Shown: piece by piece, positions 55,352 to 64,000 of the stretch
Layout of the letters: every line of letters begins with the position of its first letter
Position numbering within the stretch: position 1 is the first letter of the stretch
DNA from: a virus
Direction: 5' to 3' (one strand)
IMG/VR virus record: IMGVR_UViG_3300009128_001633
Span: 1 to 64,000 of that record
DNA length: 64,000 nucleotides
Translations under genes and position numbers: made by a program
The notes under the pieces: model-generated
Databases searched by the model: none
Told to the model about the DNA's origin: nothing
What the model saw: only the letters and a program-made list of their open reading frames with translations

Positions 55352-56269
55352 CTATGCTGCATCGTCTATTAAAAGGTCTGTTGACATCAAATGATAAAAT
55401 AAATTTCCGCTCATACTTTCAGCTCCATGCCCTGTCATTATATAATTTTTCGTAAAATCACCATTGGCAAATCCCCATGCGGCAGCACTATCCCATGACC
55501 AGGTCAGGTCTGACTTTTTTGTGGGCTGCCCATTGACGCCGCTGCCTCCTGTCCCATTCTGAAAGCCAATGACAAACTTGGAACCGGTTACATTATACGC
55601 TACAAAATAGACGACCCCACCGCCGACATCCACGGCGGTATCTCCCGTATGGTTACCGGTCTGAACGGTAGCATCCATCACATTAACGTTTATAAAACTG
55701 TTTGCTGATAATACTGCAATGGCAATATGATCAGTAGCCCACACACCTTCTAAATTGATCCAGGAAGGGTTGTTGTCGGTAAGGGTAACGTTAGAAATCT
55801 TGGTGATTATAGTACAGTTACCGCCACCATTAGCAGCGAAGTTATTGCAAAGACCGGTTGTGAACGAAAAATAATCTTCCGCATCCAACGCCCTTGACGG
55901 TGGTGATCCTGTTGCCCCAGCTATGCTGGCACCTGCATCCGTAAAAACAAGATCAGCTCCAGCAGCAACGCCCTGAGATGTTTCATTCGCATTGGCCGAG
56001 GTGTTCTCCATCATACAGAGGTTTATAGCCTCGCTTGCCCCACCATTAGTAAGGTCAAGCCCGCTTTCTGTTGATTCGTCCCAGTTGACATACAGCGACG
56101 TGCCACCTCCAAAAGCTTTCCTCCTATGTGATAAAACTGGTTGAACATAACCATTATTATTTTGAAGAATTTTTTTAACTGTACCAGAACTTAAAATATT
56201 TCTTTGAAATGGGAATAGCCCTTTATGAATAAGATCCAATGTAAAATTTTTAAACTTATCAAGTATCAT
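55352..56269 (-). CDS. Putative receptor-binding/tail protein with a GC-richer C-terminal domain
   Basis: GGAGG RBS; Gly/Thr/Asn-rich beta-sandwich-like C-part. Confidence 0.6.
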   Translation of the reverse strand: MILDKFKNFTLDLIHKGLFPFQRNILSSGTVKKILQNNNGYVQPVLSHRRKAFGGGTSLYVNWDESTESGLDLTNGGASEAINLCMMENTSANANETSQGVAAGADLVFTDAGASIAGATGSPPSRALDAEDYFSFTTGLCNNFAANGGGNCTIITKISNVTLTDNNPSWINLEGVWATDHIAIAVLSANSFINVNVMDATVQTGNHTGDTAVDVGGGVVYFVAYNVTGSKFVIGFQNGTGGSGVNGQPTKKSDLTWSWDSAAAWGFANGDFTKNYIMTGHGAESMSGNLFYHLMSTDLLIDDAA

Positions 56270-56279
56270 CTTAAACCTC

Positions 56280-57059
56280 CTACCAAGCTGCTACAGCTTT
56301 ATCTACTTTATATTGAATCCAACAACCAAACAACCATGCATCTTCTGTCATGTCGTCTGTTCCGCTCACATTTCTAGATACTTTGAATAAAACAAGATCT
56401 CCCAACGCTGGAGTACCACCAATTGTTACAGCAGGAGTTGGCCCGGACACATGTAGATCAGCATCTTTACCTGCCAAAACTGTATCTGAAATTACTTCTC
56501 CTGCATCACCTAATGCAACATCTATGGCATCATCATCACTAATTGCCTGACCTGCAATTTGCCATTCTACAGTATCTGCAGCAGAACAAGCAGAATCACC
56601 TGGAGCCCAATAGAACTTGACTTTAATGGTTCCACGATCCCAATTCTCAGGCATGGCAAACTTGAAATTTACAAATTCCTCAGTTGCCCCATCAAAAGCA
56701 AAATAATCTAGATCCCAATCATTTGTTGTAAATTCACTAGAACCAGATTCAGCACCATTAGTTGTTCCTGTAAGCATTGCTCCAGCATCTATATATATAT
56801 TTTGATACTGCAAAAGATCACCTAATCCATCAGCAGTTATAGCTCTTGCAGTATCAGTCATGGCGATAATTTCAGCATTAGTTGCTATTTCTATTTTACC
56901 TTTAACAGTAGTTGAAGCATCAGCAACTCCTCCCATTAATGTTTCTGTTCCAGCATCATCCTTTTGATACATTAATCCATCTGATTTTGGATATATAGAA
57001 ACTCTATTAGATGCAGGAGTATCAGGAGCAGCTTGCTCCGTCATTACTATTTTACCCAT
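56280..57059 (-). CDS. Tail fibre-like protein
   Basis: DASTTVKG.IEIAT.AE fibre repeat; C-domain duplicated in 57073..58311. Confidence 0.75.
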   Translation of the reverse strand: MGKIVMTEQAAPDTPASNRVSIYPKSDGLMYQKDDAGTETLMGGVADASTTVKGKIEIATNAEIIAMTDTARAITADGLGDLLQYQNIYIDAGAMLTGTTNGAESGSSEFTTNDWDLDYFAFDGATEEFVNFKFAMPENWDRGTIKVKFYWAPGDSACSAADTVEWQIAGQAISDDDAIDVALGDAGEVISDTVLAGKDADLHVSGPTPAVTIGGTPALGDLVLFKVSRNVSGTDDMTEDAWLFGCWIQYKVDKAVAAW

Positions 57060-57072
57060 AATAAATATCTCC

Positions 57073-58311
57073 TTATGACCAAGCTGTTACTGCTTGATTT
57101 ATTTTATATTGTATAGCACAACCGAACAACCATGCATCCTCAGTCATATCGTCTGTTCCACTCACATTTCTACTTATCTTAAATAATATAATATCATCAA
57201 GAGCAGGAGTTCCACCTACGGTCACAGCAGGAGTTACCCCAGAAACATGTAGGTCATCATTTTTCCCTGCTAAAACAATATCTGATATGACTTGAGTTGT
57301 CCCAAGCGTAGCATCAATTGCATCATCATCACTAATTGCAACACCACCAATCTCCCACTCAACAGTATCTGCAGCAGTACAAGCACTGTCTCCAGGAGCC
57401 CAATAGAACTTGACTCTTATTGTACTGCGATCCCATGCTGATGGAAATCTAAATTTAAAGCAAACAAATTCCTCAGTTGCCCCATCAAAAGCAAAATAAT
57501 CAATCTTATGATCATTTGTTGCATATTCGTTGGATCCAGATCCTGCTCCATTAGTTGTTGTTGCAACCATTGCTCCAGCATCTATGTATATTTCTTGATA
57601 TTGTAAAATGTCAGCTACAAGATCAGCAGTAATGTATCTAGTAGCATCTGTCATAGTTAAAAATTCTGCCTGAGTAGCCAACTCAACAATACCCTTAGCT
57701 GTAGCTGAGGCATCATCGTATATTCCAGTATTGTATTGTGGTTGTCCATAAAAAACACCACTTAAAGAACCATCCAAAACAGCATCTTGTATGACTATTG
57801 ATGTTGAAGATGTATAAGTAGAACTAACAACTCTAGAATATTGTGGAGCTCCAGCAACTCCCGAAAAATAAACTGGTCTTCCGACTGTATAGACAGCTGT
57901 CTGATCACCTGGAAGTGTAAACGTTGTCGTGTTAACATACGTTGCAGTTTCACCTTCCGTAGACCACCATCCAGATGCAGGAGCAGAACCTTTTAGTGTA
58001 CCATCTTCATTTAATGCTTGATCAAGTCTAGCATCTAAAGAAGCAGCCGTTCCACGAGCTTCTATTACTTCATCATTAATAGCAGACTCATAATCTATAT
58101 CTTCCCAAGTAGCACCATTGTACTTCTTTAACATACCATTTGTGCCAAGATCAGTACGATAACATAATTGCCCTGCAACTGGACTAGAAGGGTAAGAAGT
58201 TCCAGAGAAACTACTAACAAGAGCAGCTATATGATCCCTTATGATTTGATACAATTCTCCAAGTGTAGTCACCCCACTCTCAGGCTTAGTTGAATTATAA
58301 GTTTGTGACAT
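57073..58311 (-). CDS. Tail fibre protein
   Basis: P.SPVAGQL.Y.T, EV..ARG...SL..RLD, DASATAKGIVELAT.AE motifs; immediately after the tail tip gene. Confidence 0.8.
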   Translation of the reverse strand: MSQTYNSTKPESGVTTLGELYQIIRDHIAALVSSFSGTSYPSSPVAGQLCYRTDLGTNGMLKKYNGATWEDIDYESAINDEVIEARGTAASLDARLDQALNEDGTLKGSAPASGWWSTEGETATYVNTTTFTLPGDQTAVYTVGRPVYFSGVAGAPQYSRVVSSTYTSSTSIVIQDAVLDGSLSGVFYGQPQYNTGIYDDASATAKGIVELATQAEFLTMTDATRYITADLVADILQYQEIYIDAGAMVATTTNGAGSGSNEYATNDHKIDYFAFDGATEEFVCFKFRFPSAWDRSTIRVKFYWAPGDSACTAADTVEWEIGGVAISDDDAIDATLGTTQVISDIVLAGKNDDLHVSGVTPAVTVGGTPALDDIILFKISRNVSGTDDMTEDAWLFGCAIQYKINQAVTAWS

Positions 58312-58323
58312 TTTTTGACCTCC

Positions 58324-61300
58324 TTAAAAACCTTTAATTCTAAATTTAACTGTACCATCTGATGTATTTCCATCGGAATCATATAACTTAACATCGAAAA
58401 CGGTAAGCGTATCATTGCTCATCACAGGATAAAGACCAGTAGATCCAATAACCGTTATACCAACAACATAATGATCCTGAAATGTTAGCCCAAAATCAGA
58501 TGACATATTAAAAGTTGTCCCACTGGCAGATACACTCTGATTAGAAGATACATAATCAATATCAGGAACATCAACTGTCATTGCCAATTTCGTAAACTTT
58601 AAATATGAAGTAGTATTGTCTAATTCAAATGCAAACTTTATTTGAAAAGTTCTAGCCTCAACTTCTACAGACGATGAATATGGCAACCAAGATTCTCCAG
58701 TTGGATCAGCTCCTGTGGAATATCTATAGTAATAGCTTAACGCCAGTTCAGAAGTTATACTTATATCCGTATCATTAGGATATGTTGTATCCAATCTATC
58801 AGGATATGTAAGATCAGTAGTTGATATGTTTTGTGATTCCCATTCAGTGTCAAGTTTTATACTTATATCATCGCTAATGGTACAATCTATAATTTCTGTT
58901 ATATATGAACCAGTTAGAACAGAATCACCTTCGTAACTTGTTATGTCTGGATTAGCAGTTGTGTCAAGCCAACCAGTAATAATTTCGTCATCATCCAGAA
59001 ACGCATGTGGTACTCCCAAATATGGCGTTGAAGCAGCAACAAATAAACAATTATCCTTAGTTCCAGGACATGGAGTTGGGCTTAGAGTTATTTCATCTCT
59101 TGTTATAATTACGTTAAGATTATTTAAAACATTTCTAACAGTTAAACTAACAGAATCTTCTGTGCTTGACTCATTTCCACTGTCATCAACAGCTTTGATC
59201 ATGTAAATCTTGCTACCATCACTTGTTGGCATGAAATCATAACTATTCTGTTGAACGAGATTGACGACAATTGTTCCAGCTCCCCATGTTGGCCCTTCTT
59301 TTATTCTGTACCCATCCCTATCAACATCAGTTATGTGATCCCAATTAAAATATACCCTCCTATCACTGTCTTGATAAACTGTAAAGTTTTCAACATCATC
59401 TGGCTTAGCTTGCTTCCATCTAATTGTTATTCTCTCAGTTGTTACGTTTTCAACAGAATCAGTTGCTCCGGTTAAATCAGATACTCCAACAACAGCTATC
59501 TCATACTGATTATTCATTTGCCAATTATCAGATGAAATAAAAGTATTTTCACTTGTTTCACCTAAATATTGCCAAAATGCATCATCGGCAGTCAAATTTT
59601 TCCTATGTATTCTCCAAAAACCCTCAGCAGAACCAGAAGTCTGTTCCCAAGTTATATGTAATTCAGATACATAAGCACCACCTTTATTGAATCTTAATCT
59701 CTCAGCAATATCGAGTTCAGTCGCGACAGGATAGACAGTTAATGCAGATTCTGTTAAATAAGTTGGTGTACCCTCCACATACATGGAAGCATTATACTCC
59801 GCACCTTGTATTGTTCTTTTAAGTTCACCATTTCTACTTATTGCAGATATTCTGAAATTTTTGTACTCAGAACCATCTACACCAAATAGAAAAATATCAT
59901 ATTTCTCAGGAGTTATTGTCCAAGTTCCGCTAATGGTTAGTGTATCAGTTGTTGTATTTGAAGTTGTTACAGTTTGTTCTTCGAAAGTATCTGTATCAGA
60001 ATCACGGATATGAATTTTATATGTGCTAACAGCATCTAGTGTAACTTCTTTATCTAATGTAACCGTATTAGAAGTAGCTGATACAACTCTGCCACTATAT
60101 CCCCATTGTGGAAGGTCACATTGAAATGCAATCACATCACCTATTTGACACCCTATTGCGTCAACATCGGCATCAAAACTAATTGCTCTTATTAGATACA
60201 AATTGCTTTTTAATAAAAAATCACCAAATTTCCAAGCACGATCATAATTGATACATCCATGTAGTGTTATTTGAGCCTTCTTCACAATTAAAGCTGTATT
60301 GTAATCATTGCCATATACAGGAAATGTTTCGCGTTGATAACTCCTATCTTCATCAAAGTATGTCACTTCTACCATATTTGCCCTATCTTCTAATGGCAAA
60401 TAGTTTATTTTAACAGAATCAGTATAAACATTAGCTGTACTGAACCATTGTCTCACAGTATCAGTTTTATCAATCACACATGAAAACTTAGTACCCTTCA
60501 TAACAACTGACCCATGACCCATTTGACCAACTTGTGCAAGAGCAGACCATATACTCATCTGTGAATCAAAATATATATCTACGGTGTATCCATAAGTATC
60601 ACAATGATTAGCCCAAACTAAAAAATCAGCATATATTATTCTTGAATAATCAACTCCCTCCAAATGATGAACATCTAAACTAGACCCATCATAATTTATA
60701 TCGTAGACAGGACGTGTAAGTATATCATAGGAAGCCCATGCTGGATTATCAGAACTTTTAGCAACCCATTCAGTCCCATCATGTACAGGGACATATCCTC
60801 TATCAGCAATACAGGTTACAGTTGGCCGATTTCCAGATATTTGCGAAGTGGCAAGGACTCTAACTCCTAACAATGCTGTACTTGGATAAGTAAAATCATC
60901 TGGAATTAATTCGGATATACCAACAAGATAAGTCTTATTAATATATCTTGCAGTTGTTCCACCAAACGAAGAAACTTTAAATCTTGCTTCATATTGACCA
61001 ACAGGAAGGTTTCTAATAGTATATGTCCTTTTTACAGAACTATTTGAAGCATCAACTATGTTAACATAACCTCCAGCACCTCCGGTATTTATATACCTTG
61101 TATGATCTGCAGTCCACCAGGTAGGTTGATTCATCGGACTTTCAGTGATCTTAACTTCAACTGGTTGTCTTCCTATACCAGTTATCGTTACGGAAACATT
61201 ATACCCAGAAAAACTACCCCAAAGTCTCCAACCACTTGTTGTATCACCACTTGGATAGGAACCTATACGATAATATACTGGCTGATTATTAGCTGCATTT

Positions 61301-62469
61301 GGAAGTTGATTAGTTGCTAATGTAAACGTTATATAATCACATGGATCAACAAACAAAAAGCCTCTTTGGGTATAAGTGGAATTAGTATATGAAGTAATTC
61401 CACCTTCACCAGAAGCAAAATTAACCCAAGATCCAGCGCCAACGATCCTATATTCCATTATAATCTCAACATTAGTGGAATTAATCGACCCATCAGCTGC
61501 AGAATAAAATAGCCCATTAGGACACGTTATTTCAAATCTTAAACCCTCGGCACTATCTCCTTCTGTTTGTTTTGTAATATATGAACCAGTAGTTAATTCA
61601 ACAGAATATGATTGCCTATTAAAAGTATCACCAAAATACTGTAGACATAGCTGGTCAGTTCTACCATGAGTAGCATTTTGCCAAGCATCTGTATAATTAC
61701 CTATTGGTTGTTTATTCAGTTCAACACTACTCGCGCTAATTATACACCCTTCACATAATGATTGTAGAATATTTATATATTGATTATTACCAGATTGCTC
61801 TATGAATCTATTTATTATATTACCCGCAATTCTACGTTTACCATACAGTCGTGGAATAGGAAACCCTTGATTCTGAAGGTTTCCCATATCACCCCAACCA
61901 TATGTCTGTGTTTGGTCCATCTCACCAAGAGCTCCGGCATGAGTGGCGGCGGTAGCTCCAAGAGTAGGCATGGTTGGAGGAGTTATCGGAAATAAAGCAT
62001 TTACTATTAATCCTCCAACAGTAGCGACTACTGCTGCCGCAGTAGCAGCGACCCAGACTGGATAGAATTTAGCTGCTGCACCATAAGTCAAAATTGTAGC
62101 AATTGTAATTACTATAAATCCAATAATCCTAGCAACACTATTACCACCACCATGAACTCTTGATATAACAACTATTTGATCACCAGGATTTGGACAAATG
62201 TGTACCGCATCATAGCTATCAAGAACACGACCATTTACAGAATAAGCAAGCTCTATACTGCTTTTAGTAATAAGATTTAACTCAGAAACATATTCACTTA
62301 CTGGTTTGGCTATTTCAAAAGGAACTTTAAACTCTTTTTTATCACGTGGATTAAACGGATTATAGAGAATGGTTATACGAACCCTCTCCCTATAAATAAC
62401 AGGCAAAAATTCTTTATTACCTTCACTATTTAGAATTATTGCTTCCACCGACCCACCTATAATATCCAA
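58324..62469 (-). CDS. Tail tip/host-specificity protein (lambda gpI+gpJ-like fusion)
   Basis: Ubiquitin-like N-part (VNG...P..GDQI......GG), IPRLYG...AGN, LCEG.I, YP.TALLG, NPAW..YDILT, FN3-like repeats. Confidence 0.9.
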   Translation of the reverse strand: MDIIGGSVEAIILNSEGNKEFLPVIYRERVRITILYNPFNPRDKKEFKVPFEIAKPVSEYVSELNLITKSSIELAYSVNGRVLDSYDAVHICPNPGDQIVVISRVHGGGNSVARIIGFIVITIATILTYGAAAKFYPVWVAATAAAVVATVGGLIVNALFPITPPTMPTLGATAATHAGALGEMDQTQTYGWGDMGNLQNQGFPIPRLYGKRRIAGNIINRFIEQSGNNQYINILQSLCEGCIISASSVELNKQPIGNYTDAWQNATHGRTDQLCLQYFGDTFNRQSYSVELTTGSYITKQTEGDSAEGLRFEITCPNGLFYSAADGSINSTNVEIIMEYRIVGAGSWVNFASGEGGITSYTNSTYTQRGFLFVDPCDYITFTLATNQLPNAANNQPVYYRIGSYPSGDTTSGWRLWGSFSGYNVSVTITGIGRQPVEVKITESPMNQPTWWTADHTRYINTGGAGGYVNIVDASNSSVKRTYTIRNLPVGQYEARFKVSSFGGTTARYINKTYLVGISELIPDDFTYPSTALLGVRVLATSQISGNRPTVTCIADRGYVPVHDGTEWVAKSSDNPAWASYDILTRPVYDINYDGSSLDVHHLEGVDYSRIIYADFLVWANHCDTYGYTVDIYFDSQMSIWSALAQVGQMGHGSVVMKGTKFSCVIDKTDTVRQWFSTANVYTDSVKINYLPLEDRANMVEVTYFDEDRSYQRETFPVYGNDYNTALIVKKAQITLHGCINYDRAWKFGDFLLKSNLYLIRAISFDADVDAIGCQIGDVIAFQCDLPQWGYSGRVVSATSNTVTLDKEVTLDAVSTYKIHIRDSDTDTFEEQTVTTSNTTTDTLTISGTWTITPEKYDIFLFGVDGSEYKNFRISAISRNGELKRTIQGAEYNASMYVEGTPTYLTESALTVYPVATELDIAERLRFNKGGAYVSELHITWEQTSGSAEGFWRIHRKNLTADDAFWQYLGETSENTFISSDNWQMNNQYEIAVVGVSDLTGATDSVENVTTERITIRWKQAKPDDVENFTVYQDSDRRVYFNWDHITDVDRDGYRIKEGPTWGAGTIVVNLVQQNSYDFMPTSDGSKIYMIKAVDDSGNESSTEDSVSLTVRNVLNNLNVIITRDEITLSPTPCPGTKDNCLFVAASTPYLGVPHAFLDDDEIITGWLDTTANPDITSYEGDSVLTGSYITEIIDCTISDDISIKLDTEWESQNISTTDLTYPDRLDTTYPNDTDISITSELALSYYYRYSTGADPTGESWLPYSSSVEVEARTFQIKFAFELDNTTSYLKFTKLAMTVDVPDIDYVSSNQSVSASGTTFNMSSDFGLTFQDHYVVGITVIGSTGLYPVMSNDTLTVFDVKLYDSDGNTSDGTVKFRIKGF

Positions 62470-62851
62470 TTATCATATTTTTCCAAAAAGGATTATCAAG
62501 TCTATCAATCATTGAACTACTATACCTTTTTAACGTATGTATGAAATCACCATTACCTATACATATTCCAACATGACCAACAAAACTTGTTTCACCATCC
62601 AAATCCCTAAATAATATTAAACACCCATCTTCTGGCTCGTTTAATTCCTCCCAATCTTCATGTATTTTTGAATATTCAACAAATTCATTAAATTTTTCTG
62701 TATCTCCAGCACTTATATTGGCATCAGGTATATTCATACCATACCTTTTAAACACTTGTATTGCAAGACCAGCACAATCTAAAGCCACTTTTGGATCACG
62801 ACCTCTATTTTTAAACGGTATTCCTACTAAATCACTAACATCTATTGACAT
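62426..62851 (-). CDS. NlpC/P60 tail-associated peptidase (gpK-like)
   Basis: LVGIPF...GR.....DC.GL, HVGI.IG.G.FIH. Confidence 0.9.
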   Translation of the reverse strand: MSIDVSDLVGIPFKNRGRDPKVALDCAGLAIQVFKRYGMNIPDANISAGDTEKFNEFVEYSKIHEDWEELNEPEDGCLILFRDLDGETSFVGHVGICIGNGDFIHTLKRYSSSMIDRLDNPFWKNMIIGYYRWVGGSNNSK

Positions 62852-62859
62852 AATATCAC

Positions 62860-63507
62860 CTATTCATTAGCAGCATATAAACCACCTTCTGGAATTCCTG
62901 GAAAACCACCAAACGGTAACGTATCAGAATCAGCAAACCTTAATCTGCAATTAGCTAATGTTTTATTACATTCCTGATAAGCATCTCCGGTGTATCCACA
63001 TCTAACATCAGTTCCAACCGGATAATTAAATTTAAACCTACACCAACTTCTAAGATACCTATTATCCGGAAATTGAACTTGAAATAAATTGGCAGCAGAC
63101 AACGACACATTTATCCACTGATTATCTGCATGCGAAGAGGTTACTGTAAAAGTTTCTTCTATTGCGGGATTTGCTTCACCTAAATTATCAGAATGAACGA
63201 CATATAGCGTACAATCACAACCAACAAGACCTTTTTCGCCTTCCATATAGACCATCAAAGCTCGTGTTACGTTACCGACTCTAATATTCAATATAGTATG
63301 TTCGCCACCCTTTTCCTCTTTAAGATCATCAATTACAAGAGGAAACTTTTGATATGTTTGCCCATCCCAAACTATATCATCTGTATTTTTAGCTAATCTA
63401 ACATGCGTAGTTCCATCAGAAAGAGTTAGATCAATTAAAATAATCCAAGCACCAGACGAACTTAGTTTATTCTTTTCAGCTAAATATGCACTTGATAATG
63501 TTAACAT
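62860..63507 (-). CDS. Minor tail protein L-like
   Basis: W.G.TY..FP, C...F......CGY.G....C.KTL..C..RF.....FGGFPG. Confidence 0.88.
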   Translation of the reverse strand: MLTLSSAYLAEKNKLSSSGAWIILIDLTLSDGTTHVRLAKNTDDIVWDGQTYQKFPLVIDDLKEEKGGEHTILNIRVGNVTRALMVYMEGEKGLVGCDCTLYVVHSDNLGEANPAIEETFTVTSSHADNQWINVSLSAANLFQVQFPDNRYLRSWCRFKFNYPVGTDVRCGYTGDAYQECNKTLANCRLRFADSDTLPFGGFPGIPEGGLYAANE

Positions 63508-63509
63508 AA

Positions 63510-63860
63510 TTATTCCTGAGCTAAATCAAACTCACATGACCAATAATCATCGTTTTCATTTGGTTTATATACTATTGGAGCCATAAATGTCACATCATAA
63601 ACTGTATTATCCATTGGATTAGTCCAATCAAAATTCCCAGCAAAGTTAATAGTTGTTTGCTCAAATGTTTTTAAAGTATTCTTGTCAGCAGTTGGCAATA
63701 CTTCATATGCAACATGCCACTTCTGTGGGGTTCTTGTATACCTTGCTCTCTTCTGAACATATCCAGCTTCAAAAGGAGACCTTATTACAGGATCACTAAC
63801 AACAGTTTCTTTCCATGCTTTAACAGACGGTTTTTCAGTTAATGTTGGAAAAGTTGGCAT
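63510..63860 (-). CDS. Minor tail (distal tail, gpM-like) protein
   Basis: IRS.FE.GY...R.R, F.WT.P.......V.F; position before gpL. Confidence 0.8.
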   Translation of the reverse strand: MPTFPTLTEKPSVKAWKETVVSDPVIRSPFEAGYVQKRARYTRTPQKWHVAYEVLPTADKNTLKTFEQTTINFAGNFDWTNPMDNTVYDVTFMAPIVYKPNENDDYWSCEFDLAQE

Positions 63861-63862
63861 TT

Positions 63863-64000
63863 TTACCTCGCATTCATTGTATCACGAAACTGCTTTGATG
63901 TTTGTTGTTTACTAACAACAACATCTATTATCATACTTTGAAAATCTATTTTTGGAATAACATCAGCTGCTTCAAGGTTTTCACCTGTATTATTAATTAC
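63863..64000 (-). CDS. C-terminus of probable tape measure protein (truncated by the window)
   Basis: Open frame VINNTGENLEAADVIPKIDFQSMIIDVVVSK...NAR* directly upstream of gpM. Confidence 0.6.
   Translation of the reverse strand, partial: VINNTGENLEAADVIPKIDFQSMIIDVVVSKQQTSKQFRDTMNAR

Noticed and set aside
56280-58311. Diversity-generating retroelement TR/VR pair
   Set aside because: Both copies are coding, the differences are not adenine-specific, and no reverse transcriptase is in the window.
1-64000. Genome-wide TGA or TAG reassignment
   Set aside because: Many genes end in TGA or TAG with tight ATGA overlaps or immediate next starts, and long genes are intact in code 11. Only 5077 (TGA) and 7497 (TAG) look internal.

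Overview
AT-rich fragment of a large tailed dsDNA phage genome with two convergent gene blocks. The + strand (1-26059) carries DNA replication, recombination and nucleotide-metabolism genes: DnaE, RecA, SbcC/D, HU, an SSB-like protein, a RuvC-like resolvase, dCMP deaminase, an HD nucleotidase and PyrF/PyrE. The - strand (26159-64000) carries lambda-like tail genes and a lysis region that run into a very large glycan-biosynthesis block of about 13 glycosyltransferase genes, 5 hexapeptide acyltransferases, 2 methyltransferases, 2 deacetylase-like hydrolases and WecB. Main candidates for new biology: (1) DnaE is encoded in three pieces with no intein, including an unannotated 32-aa middle piece and an 11-nt TAA...ATG insert inside the FP|KAH motif. 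(2) A DUF4326 gene has an in-frame TGA at a conserved Cys position, followed 11 nt later by a SECIS-like hairpin, making it a candidate phage selenoprotein. (3) A T4 beta-glucosyltransferase homolog occurs with a dUMP-type thymidylate-synthase-family hydroxymethylase, suggesting glucosyl-hmU (base-J-like) DNA. (4) The glycosylation machinery is interleaved with virion genes. (5) There is a 133-nt tRNA-Leu-like RNA with an expanded central domain. All family assignments come from motif recognition by eye; no database search was run.
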